Shown one piece after another: positions 25,050 to 64,000 of a DNA stretch of 64,000 nt. Made by a program: the position numbers and the translations under genes. This DNA comes from Daphnia carinata (Eukaryota). Positions within the stretch are counted from its first letter, which is position 1. The number at the start of each line of letters is the position of its first letter. The stretch lies in contig NC_081332.1 in assembly GCF_022539665.2 (NCBI RefSeq), positions 2,914,001 through 2,978,000 on the forward strand, given 5' to 3'. The notes below the pieces were generated by a model. It was not told where the DNA came from and searched no databases. It saw only the letters and a program-made list of their open reading frames with translations.

Positions 25050-27112
25050 TTAAAATACACGGTTAATAGTGACGAATTTATAGGGTCTCGGCTGGAAAGG
25101 CCTCCTGACAGAAGGCCCAGTGCATTCTCCGCTCCTTGAGATTTTTGCCGTACACAACTCCGGTTGCAAAATTTCTAGTTTGGGTTTGGGTAGCCCGTCT
25201 GCAACGGCCAACTGAAGCTCGTCAACGCACGGCATTTGGATTACGTTGAAATAGAGATTGCCTATCATCCGAGATACTGGAGTCGGAAGTGCCTTTAAGC
25301 AGCTAAAGAATTCGTCGTCGCATGCACAATGAGATCTTTGGTAAAATGAGAAAAATCCAAAGTAAAATTCAATTTCCATAGCTTTATCTAATAGAAATGC
25401 ACGTACTTGGTATAGAAGGACAGATTCATCAGGCCATGGGCGCTGGCGAAACCTTTCACTTTAATAGGACAATGATCGTGTGCCCGGCAGCACTTGTCCA
25501 CTTCGACCAAAGCACCCAGATCATCGTAAGACTGGGCAACATCTCCTGGACCACACCATTTCGTTCCTAAGAAGTTAAAAATGTATATAAATATATTTTA
25601 AAAAAGAAAAATAATTTCAGTACGCAGCTTGAAAATGAAAAAGAAAAAAAAATTTTTTTTGAACAGATGACTTGCTTTCAGATTACAATGTAGGCAAGGA
25701 AAGCTGATGACGTATCAATCTTCGTCATCACAAAATAGCTTTCTCCCCCCTTTCGTCATCTTCCGCTTCCCACAAGAATGTGAAAGTAGCTGAAGAAGAC
25801 GACTATGCCCCCCAATTTTGCTGTGAGTGGTATTTTAAAAAATAAACATATACACGTACCTGGAACAATAGTCGTGACAAAAGTCGTCCAGGAGCTGGAG
25901 GAAGTCGAATTTTCTGATCTCATGGATCTAGATGTCCATCCTCTTCCACTCGATTCGACTGGTCCCCTGAGGTACTGGCATTGCTTTATTAGATTTACCA
26001 TGGTTCGAGTATCGACTGGGTAAATGGGCATGAAAACCGACAAGTTCTTCAACACTTCCACTGCTTGGAAATGGTAGCTGTTGAAAGGTTAGATAAAACA
26101 AAGGATTCAGTATTTGCCCTTTAGGAACCAATTTTAGATCAAAATGAGATTCATAATATAGTTCTTAATGAATGTCAGGATCAATCTAGCATTCATGGCA
26201 TGTCTGCGTGTGAAAAATACATCTTCCAAATGTGGTGTGTGTGAAATTTCTGTAATCTTCTGTACAAAGCTCAATAACGGGTTGCCACCTGGCGTACGAG
26301 TGAGGGGGGGGGCAACGAATCCTCAACTAACGTAGATTAAAAACTCCCGGATAAATCATTTATGAGGTGGGTTTCCTAAGAGAATGTACATTTCTAGAGA
26401 AAGTTTTCGTTTCTAAACTTATCCCTCAGGGTAAGTACGGCTGAATGCAGGTAGTATTAGAATACCCCTCCTCCCCCCCCTTTTCGATTCAACGTATTTA
26501 AAGATCCAAAATTTTTCAAATTTTTTTTCAATTTTTTACTTAAGTTATTTCAAGACTCACTAGAAAACCATAAAATTGTATCTAACAGCAAGCTTGAAAT
26601 TGTGTTTTGAGAACAAAAGGAAAATTCGGTTTCTAAATTGTCAAGGCCTGCTTTCTACAAAAGAATAAGACAACAACATACTTGACTTCCATCAGTTTGC
26701 AGCTGTTAACGTTCTTGTTAACGTAGGTAATAATAGCCACCGTTTCCTCGTCGTGAAAGGCTACGTTGGAAGTAGTATTGGCTGTTTCTGGATTAGCTTG
26801 AATGTTGTTAAGGTTCTCCAAAATAATGCGGTTCTTGTCAGCATGTTTCTGCTGGGAAGAAGGGCGGTCGAAGAACTTCCTCAATAAGCGACTCCAACCA
26901 GACGAAGGAGATGGCCCGGAACTGTTGCTACCATTATCGATGGTGGCTTCGACCGCGGCATGGTTGTTGGTGTCATTAGCCGATGATTCGGTACTGGTCG
27001 TAGAATTCAGAACTACAACAGTATCTTCGGTTGATTGACACTCGCATGGCACAACTAGGTACGAGAACAACGTCACGGTGAAAACCGCAACTATCCCAAG
27101 ACGGACCGACAT
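25050..27112 (-). CDS. Group III (bee-venom-type) secreted phospholipase A2 with long pro-region
   Basis: Signal peptide MSVRLGIVAVFTVTLFSYLVVPCEC. Exons 27112-26682, 26077-25860, 25566-25407, 25335-25050. Ca-loop IVPGTKWCGPGD, catalytic DKCCRAHDHC, SHCACDDEFFSCL, IGNLYFNV. Confidence 0.93.
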
Positions 27113-27933
27113 TGCACGAACTGCCTCAAGTTTGTATAGCTTCTCGCGTTAACGTGATTTTCTCGACAAGTCTTCTGTGACGTAGCTAACACACTTGCAA
27201 AGATCCAGGCGTTAGATCGGGATGACAACAGCGGAAGTAGCTGTTAAAAATGGGAGAAATCGGTGCGCGCGGAGGCGCAGGCCAACACGAAAAGAAGCTA
27301 ACCCACTACAATTCACTGCTGCACAGCTAGCTAAACAGATCCAAACCAAGTCACGGTTTGAGACGATATGAAAAGTCGGAAAAAGTTCGGTCTCCCGAAA
27401 GAGAATTCTGTACCGTTAAATCTAGTTCCCCAGAAGGTACCTGAGCAAAAATCGCAGCGGCTCTTGTTCCACCACACTAAGGAAACCAGCAGGCAACATA
27501 CACTGATGTTATGAACAAAGGTGACTCCCACAAAGCTTTTTTAAAAAATAAAACTGTAAATGCAACAACCTGAATAGGGTTTCAGGCAAATTTGAACACC
27601 GTATCCCACCTGTAATAATGTGATTATTATCAATTAAGACTCAAATATAAAAAGAAACGTTTCCGGGAAGTCTCGAAGACGCATGGGACTTAAATCACAT
27701 TGAAGAATACCTGCCGCACCGTTATTCTGTCGTTGCCGGTTATACAGGGGAGCTCCACACTGGTTTTCCCAGTGGAAAAAAAGGGAACAACAATCGCGGT
27801 CAACGCCAGAAGGCAAACCCGTTGGCCCAGTTAAAGAGATACCAGCATTGCCAACAGCAAAGGCGAATGCTTGCTAACCTCTCTCCGGCCCCCTCCTTGC
27901 GGATGCCTCGTGGAAGTGTGTATGCATACGTTA

Positions 27934-27995
27934 AGTTGATTGTGGTCATAACCCGTTAACGAACAACACAAGTGTTGTTCGACCCACAATCAGCT
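27934..27995. other. Nested inverted repeat / stem-loop downstream of the PES1 stop
   Basis: AGTTGATTGTGG (27934-27945) pairs with CCACAATCAGCT (27984-27995), one G-U on + strand. Inner perfect repeat CGAACAACAC-aa-GTGTTGTTCG (27960-27981). Confidence 0.6.
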
Positions 27996-28091
27996 CGACA
28001 ATTGCCAATTCTTTGCTCTAATGTTTTTAAACATAGAGGATATTTCCACAACGGCGTGTATTAAGACGAAAGCGAGAAGGATGTGAAAAAC

Positions 28092-30485
28092 TTACGCCAT
28101 CTTCATTTTCTTGATTTGCGTGTCTGAGGTCGTAGTCAGAGGTTGAATGGACCATTTCGCGGTCAATTCTTTTCCTGAAGACGCCTTTTTGAGACTTTTT
28201 TCTTCTTTCTCGTGGTATTTGCGCTTGTTCTCCAAACGTTTAGCTTCTCGTTCACGGTTCTTACGATTTTTCATCATAGAACGGTAGAGTCGTTTATCTT
28301 TGTTACGAATCATCAACTCGCGGAATTTGTAGTGCTCCTTCTCTTCTTCATCCATGCCTTTAACGTCTGGCATTTCCACACGGCCCCTCAATACTTTCAT
28401 GCCTTTTTTCTACAGGGAAAAACATTTTGTTAAAGATATACATATCTTTTGTATATATATATATAATAAAGAAGAAAAAAAAAAGCGCATATCAGAATTA
28501 CCTCGTTAACCACTTGGGACTTTGTGGGTTCTTTCTTTTCAACTTTGCCTTCTTCCTCCTCTTCATCACTGCTATCGTCCTCAGTCTCCTCCTCCTCCTC
28601 TTCTTCCTCTTGTTCAGCTGGCAGTTCAGAGCAGTCAATTAGGAAACAAAAACACTACTAATTGGCGTAAAAACATACCTGGTAGAGATTCTCCACGTTG
28701 TAGCGCCAGGAGCATCTGTCGCTCAGGGGGAATGTAGTCACCCAGACGCTCAGTGACAAAGGGCGAAATGTGAGGCGGCAGATTAGCCCCAATGAAATAA
28801 TCTTCAACTGGAAGTAACCGGCGGAAGTTAATGCAGTCAAATAACCATTGAGGCTGAATATAATAACTATGGAATATTGCATTGCTATTATCTCCGCACG
28901 AAAACAAATCAAACTATATGATATAATTACCGTGAAAGATATTGGTTCTCAACCGAAGGTCGATCAACAACCTGATGAGTAATGCTTTCATCAGTTTCAT
29001 CATATGTTGCACCAGGAAATATGGAAGAATCCCACGAAACTTCACCGCCACACGACCGGATCACAAAAACTACGGACTCGCGTGGAACCTCACGGCTAAT
29101 GAAAAACTTTAAACCTTTAAAGAGGTTTTGAAGTCGCTCGATTGCTTCAGCTTCCCTTTTCGCTTCCTCAAGTTTTTCTGCTCCTTCAGCCTGTGGAATA
29201 AACGAAGAGTGTAAATTTTATCATAACATTAAGGCAACAGAACGTTTAACCCTGTTTCCCTTACCGAAGGAAATTCGTCGATCTGAACTTCTTCTTCGGC
29301 CTGGGGTACGTTTGTAACAAGGCTTGAATTCAAAGCAGCCACTAGTTCGTTATATTCTTCAACCGCATCTTCATCCGTTGCATCTTCTTTAACTAATAAA
29401 GAGGGTCATGTAAATTTACATCTCAAATAATGTATTAAATAAGAATAGGTACCAGTAATTCCGGGAAGCTTTGGTGGATACTGAAGATTAATCGAATGAT
29501 AGAGTCGGAAATTTATAAATCCAAGCATCGATGTGTAAAAATCGACGAAATTGGTCATGATTCTGTAATCCACATCAGATGCGGTAGTAGGCTTTAAACA
29601 AAAAGTATCATGGTGACTATGGCTATGGGAAAATTTTGGTTGATTTGAGTTACCTTGAAGCCTCGTTGATGATTAATAAGAATAGTCACAGGCTGGCCTT
29701 TGATTTCTACTTGATAGTATATGCCTTTAACAGAAATAAAGACTTTGCGCAAAGCTTTGGCAGCTATAACATAGTGTAAAAATTCTACTGTCAACCTTCG
29801 ACAGAGTGAAATTAGATTTGCTGGGACTTTGGTGTCTCGAGGCAATGTTGAATAGAAAAAACACAGAGTTAAGCAATCATCCAGGTCATTCAGGGCATCC
29901 ATAAATGTAGGATATCTATTGCAAATATGAAATTTCATGTAATATAATGAATGCAATAGATTCTTTTCCCGTTTTACCTTTCCTTAACCAAATGATCCAA
30001 CTTCATGCTGGGCTTGTTTTCTTTCAGTCGTGCAACGGTTTCTTTATCACCCTTTTCCAATGCTGTCTTTATTTTTCGCATAAAAACTTTGAATTCTCTG
30101 AACTTCCATATTAGAGGCTCATGACTCAAGAATCTGATGTCTTTAAGATAGTACAAAGTCTTTTTGTCAAGTTTTCCCTTCTGAGCCTTTTTCCTGTTGT
30201 TTGGTTCTCGTGGGTAAACTCCCTTCAAGATGCAGAGACGACGAAAGTCTTTCAAATTCAATTGCAACTTCTTTAAAGCTTGAGCTCTTGTAATGTATTT
30301 AGTGGCTTCCCCGGCCTCATACTGTAATTAAGGGGAAAAAATTAAATAGTCTTAAAGTACTGTTTCCTTCTCTGTTTCTGCATGCCACGTCAGAAAATCG
30401 TAAAGCGAGAACGGAAATCTAACGCAACAATTGACAGCCACTAAACTTTATTTTCGTTTACCTTCTTCTTCATCGGTGCACCCAT
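28092..30485 (-). CDS. PES1: Pescadillo homolog (PES1/Nop7), 60S biogenesis factor with BRCT domain
   Basis: [91 protein letters not shown]...[12 protein letters not shown]...LPPHISPF; acidic tract; basic C-terminus. Confidence 0.97.
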
Positions 30486-30825
30486 TTTTTGTATCTGCTA
30501 GTTATGTATTGAATTTAACAGATCACTTTCAAACGGGACCCTACTGCGTATTTGTTCGGACCACGTGCGCCGAGAAGCCAAAACTTTATCAAGCAGACAG
30601 AGCTGCTGCAGACGGAGCTTATACTAAATAGGCCGTAACGCTTTCTTTCTAGTCCTTCAATCTTATGAATTTGCTAATAAAATAATATTAAGTTTTAAGA
30701 TAAATATATGTTAAAGCTTAGAAAACATTAGCCCATAACCCCGAAATTCTTTGAGTGGATTGGTTCGTTGTTTTTAAAAAGAAAATGACGTTCCCGAAAC
30801 GTAAACAAAGGCTTACAGGGATGCA

Positions 30826-30837
30826 CATAGATGGCGC
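30826..30837 (+). promoter_or_regulatory. CTCF-like motif in the divergent PES1 / C4orf33-like promoter interval
   Basis: CATAGATGGCGC matches the AGRTGGCGC core and lies between head-to-head genes. Motif match only. Confidence 0.35.
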
Positions 30838-31176
30838 AAGTTACTCCTATTTATCGAATTCTATCTAGTTCTTTACATCCACTTACCGAATATTTCTACT
30901 GCATCGCGCTAGCGGATTGCCATACAAGGACATGAGCTGTCCGGCCGTGTTGGGTTATCGAAATTTCGAGTTGCAAAAAGAAAGAAATGTTATTTTCTTT
31001 TTCTCCGGAAATGTTTAGATTGCATCACGACTTCGCCGACTAATTATGTGATAACAATTATATTGCCATAATTTTTACATCACACTAGAAAGCCGTGACC
31101 AAGAAGGGGTGCTATTCAAATCGGCATTTGATTTGGCTTTTCGGGAATCCGTCATTTGAAGTTTGAAATTGCAAAC

Positions 31177-33230
31177 ATGTAAGTGTAATTAGCCAAGTTT
31201 TTCTAAATTTATTTAGAAATTTTTGTTTTTATGTTCCTTGTTTTCTTCTAATGTTCGTGTCGTTTAACGCAGGGATTTTTATTGCATTAGTTGCACATTC
31301 TTCTTTTGGTGTCATTTATTGATGGTCATTTCTTATTCAAAGTAGGTTGATTAAAATTCCATTGTGTTGACATGCTGTAGCCCAGCCAATTGATAAAACT
31401 ATGCATAAATTGAATCCAAAATTGACAAATGAATAATTCAACAAAATTTGCCAATTAATTAGTGGTGCAGATTATGTCATAAAGACTTCGTGGGACAATG
31501 TGACTTTAGGTTCTGCTGAGCAAATCAAGATAAACCTGGAGAACCATGATGAAAAATCGTTTAAAATTGTGATTCAAGCTCCTTTCTATGATGATCCACC
31601 TCCAGACACACCTGGTGATCCTGGTGAACCTAAATGGAGGCTTTGGGATTTTGAATGTAATTATATCATCTTTTAGATTGAAAAAAAAAGAAACTGTTTA
31701 ATTTGTTTTGAAACTTTTTTTTTCTTTATCCTAGTGATAAAAGTGTTCTTCCTGAATGATCTACAACAGTATATCGAAATTGAGCTGGGAGCGTAAGAAC
31801 GCCGTTTCTTTATTCCGATTGAATTACTTTTACAACTAGCTTGTAATTCTTTTTCAGGTGGGGTCATCACTTCGTGCTACTTTTAAATGGATATCGCCAC
31901 ACCATACAATTTGGAATGTTGATTGATTATAACGCAGACCGTACTGATAAAAGATGGAATGGAACCGCCATCATAGCTTTAAGTTACTTGCCAGCCAACA
32001 CGTCCAAGATGAACATATATTCGTTTCATGGGATTAACGACAAGCGTGCTGTCAACGCTCTTTACCCTGTCAGTAATAATGCATCTAAAGAGTTGGATGA
32101 GTAAGAACTCCCTTAAGTGTTAATTTTTTATTGCAAGCCATTAACGTCACATCGTTGTCTAGCCATCAGTTAGAAACCTATCAGCCCTTCGACGTTACTG
32201 TGTTATCAGCAGATCAAATTCGATCAACATCATCGGTCTGGACGGATGCAATGCAAGGGTAAGCATATCCATATTTTTAAATATCTGGTGTCTAAAAGTT
32301 GTTACATAATATTATTAACATCCGTCTTTGTAGGATCCGGAGTTTTAAGATTGCCAATTCGTGGAACGGCAAAGCACTTTCTCCTGATGAAAGTGTCGAT
32401 TTGCACATACAACTTGACGCATCCAGCCGAAATTTGATTCTGAACGTGAGCGCCCCGTTCTACGACGATAGAGCTCCCGAAAAAGCCACTGGAGGCCCAT
32501 TTGCTGATTTGTACAATTACGAAGTCGTCCATCTTTATTTGTTGAGCTACCCCGATTTCAGATACGTTGAAATTGAATTAGGACCGTACGTATCATTTCT
32601 CACCAGGATTTTTGCTTTTCTTTTCCGTAATTTGACGTTGTTTTTGCTACGATAGATGGGGACATTATCTTGTCGTCTTCTGGAACGGCTACTACAATAA
32701 AGTGGGAAATCTGGATTCCCTTCTGAAATATACGGTTAATCGCAGTGCGTCACGATGGACTGGGTCTGCACTCATCCCACTGACCTATCTGCCACCAAAG
32801 GTATGCGTTAAAACAGTAATAAATATTATGTAGCGGTTAATTTTATTGTTCTATGTTAGGTGTACTTAATGAATGCCCATTCTAGTCATGGCATTGGTGC
32901 AAAACGTCAGTGGAACAGTTTGTACCCGCTTCCGGCAGACAGCAATCAAAGTTCACCAGATTAGTAAGAAATTTTTTTTGCTTACCTTCCTTACCTGTTG
33001 GATGAATTGCATATAATTAACCGGAAATTTAATTTTTCTTTTTCAGTCACGCCTTAAAGTATTACAAATTCATCGATATTACGGAACTGTATCCCGAAAA
33101 CGATGATCCAAAGTGCTCTCAGATGTGGCAAGACTTAAATGTCTGTCAGACTTCAGCGGTACAGTCGCCGATTAGTGCTGTTGGCATTGTTCTCTTCAAC
33201 GTTGCACTTGTACTTCTAGCTAATACCTGA
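31177..33230 (+). CDS. Secreted, probably GPI-anchored protein with two tandem C4orf33/UPF0462 domains
   Basis: Exons 31177-31178 (AT), 31273-31341, 31463-31656, 31735-31792, 31858-32100, 32163-32258, 32334-32585, 32656-32800, 32860-32963, 33047-33230. Each repeat follows the C4orf33 pattern: SW(D/N)...APFYDD...L(W/Y)(D/N)(F/Y)E...YxEIELGxWGH...WxGxAxI...YLP...HG...LYP. N-terminal MDFYCISCTFFFWCHLLMVISYSNGA; hydrophobic tail SAVGIVLFNVALVLLANT*. AATAAA at 33291. Confidence 0.85.
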
Positions 33231-33619
33231 GAAAGTGTGGTTCGCAGTTCTGCTTGTCAGCATAAGTTAAAATTCATAGCATATTAAACCAATAAAATGT
33301 AAATAATTTGTTTACGTTACCGTGGATTTCAGAAAGTGTTGCATTGGCACATTTGATTTATTTTCCTTTACGAAAATCAGGCATCCAGCGATTATCAAAT
33401 GGTGGCTATTTCCCCTAAAATGCTATAGAAAAATACGTGATAATTCCAAGGTAACGGTAAACAGTATAATGACTTAACAAAAATCAAATGTACGTGTTAT
33501 CGGCGACCAACTAAAACTAGAAGGTGTTTGAAAGACGGATGATAAAGGTACATTTGGAATGGCGAACATTGGCAACAACTTGATTAGAGAATAACGTATT
33601 GTGTGCACTAAGGTACGTA

Positions 33620-61981
<28,362 letters not shown>

Positions 61982-63354
61982 CTGCAACTGGAAAAAAAAA
62001 AAAAATAAATAAATAAATAATAATAAACATATTTATTAATGTTTAATTAAAAGAAAAACTACTTCATTTTCCAAATTATCTTGACCGATCAAACAGGTAT
62101 AGTTAATCATATTTGGGATCAATCCGATTTTAGAAAAAAAAAAAAAGAAGGAAGGCGGATGCTGGAAGGGAAATTAGAGCCACCCAGCGCAGAGTCATCT
62201 TTCCATCAACGACTAGTCGTCTACCTCACATTAAGCCTCTCTTCTTTCGTCCATTGTCTCTTACTTTCGCTATCCTGAACAGTGAAGGCACAGTCATTAT
62301 CTCTGTCTTTCTATTTTCGTTACTCTTTGGACTCGTTGCATCGAACGGAAAAAAAGGAATTCGCCGTGGGATGAAAATTTAAAATGGTCCATTTTCAACT
62401 CAAAGCGGCAGCGTTTCGTAACCGAACCAATTCATTAATTACCTTGGAAACTACTAATTATTACATACATCGACCGGATCGCGAGTTAGTGAAACAAGAC
62501 GTTCTTACTAGGGGGGGAGGGCTTCTTTTCCTCAGTAATCAATCGCTAGAAGAACGAATCGATTGTCTAACTCACGGCCTCTGCTCATTAGCAAATATTA
62601 GAGAGAGAGAGAGAGAGGGAAAAAAAAGAAAAGAAAATAGTAAAACTTTAAAAATCATTTGTCTTTCCCATTCAAACAATTCTAATGAACAAAATAAAAA
62701 CGACAACGTTTTGATGCAGCCACGTCCAAATAAGGACTGTCTGCGCTTTTTGTTTTGTCTATCGCGCGATTGTCATCTCTCGACTTCTGAATGGTCGGAA
62801 CTTTTTTTTCTTTCTTATTTTACTTTGATTGACGATGACACTCATCGGATAATATGGCCGACTAATACAGGTGACGGAGAGAAGGAAAGGAGAGGGGGTG
62901 GGGGTCGCCACCTGATTCATTATTCATTAAGAAAATACTTGTAGGTTTAAACAAGTTTCGGGGGCGAATCAAATAGAACGGAAAGATTTTTTCTTTCCGA
63001 CGATTTCTTCTTTCCACGTGCCGTGCACCTGGAACGTGTGCTCACTTTCCTCGTAAAACGACGGGAAAAATTGAAACAAAAAAAAAAAAAAAAAGAAAAA
63101 AAAGGGGGACACCGAAAACGTTAGGCTTTTGTTTTGCCTGGACACGGACCTAACTAACCAAACGCGAAACGCTGGAAACACATCCAATTAATAATCGAGA
63201 GCTCAACACACAAATGATTCTAGCCTTCCTCCGTGTATCGTGCTACATAATTATTAGGAATGAAAAAAAAAAAAAAAAAAAAAATGACACGTCAAAAACC
63301 TTGGTGGTTATGCTTTGCAGCTGACAGGTGCAAAATGGAACCGAGAGGGAGAAG

Positions 63355-63390
<36 letters not shown>

Positions 63391-63557
63391 CGAAGAAGAA
63401 TTCAATGTCTCGACGCAAAACCTCTTGTTTGCTCTCCTTATCATTACGCTGTATCCTTGACACGACAAGGTCACTAATGACTAGGTAACAAAATAAGAAA
63501 AAGACGACCTGGACTAAATTGGGAAAACGGGAGGGGCCACCTCTATCATCAACCTGA

Positions 63558-63592
<35 letters not shown>

Positions 63593-64000
63593 GCATCTAA
63601 CGCTTCCGTCCGACCACCATTTCTCCCTTTTCTTTTTTCAATTTTAAAATGATCATGGACAAAGTTGATTTGGAACACAAAATAACGCAGGTTAGGCGAC
63701 AGCTCGAGGAAATATAATTTCCCTAACAAACAAATGCCCCCACCTCTTAGGTCCTTGTTGTGCGTTTGACCTCTGGCAACGTTTTTCAAAATCTCGTTTT
63801 CTGGGAGGGAAACACGCTCACACGACTGGTTCAAATTATGATTCAGATTCCACACTTCAAGCTGTTGGCTTTTTCCTCGACATTTGAAGTTTCTCGCCTG
63901 TCAGTCATCAGGTGAGACTAGACACACGAAATCATTGGGGCCTATAAGGGCAAAACAGTCAAATCACCCCCAACAGAGACTCTAGAATTGAAACTTGTCT

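Noticed and set aside
30322..30461. Possible intronic snoRNA in the longer first PES1 intron
   Set aside because: A CTGA is present but there is no C box or clear H/ACA architecture.

Overview
Eukaryotic (animal) genomic DNA. The compact genes with ~55-90 nt GT-AG introns look arthropod-like, probably a Daphnia-type crustacean (inference only). Bases 1-36,000 are gene-dense. They hold: a very large C2H2 zinc-finger gene with a Med15-like N-terminus (-, runs off the left edge); a probable decayed gene; an uncharacterised + strand gene; 4E-T (-); PR-Set7/KMT5A (-); a TMCO6-like ARM protein (-); an OB-fold-only STN1 (-); a group III secreted phospholipase A2 (-); pescadillo/PES1 (-); and a secreted, probably GPI-anchored protein made of two C4orf33/UPF0462 domains (+). 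FANCJ/BRIP1 (-) spans 33,620-61,981. Its first two coding exons lie beyond a ~23 kb microsatellite- and homopolymer-rich intron and are missed by the ORF track. The top candidate for an undescribed system is the STN1/TMCO6-like pair. After splicing, the STN1 stop codon lies 11 nt inside the TMCO6-like ORF, which points to a bicistronic or recoded transcript. Other notable items: the FANCJ giant intron (possible regulatory-block bystander), a frame-restoring microexon that lengthens the FANCJ Fe-S domain, a FANCJ splice acceptor preceded by A24, and a start codon split by an intron. All exon models were built by hand from splice signals, reading frame and recalled homologue motifs; no searches were run.
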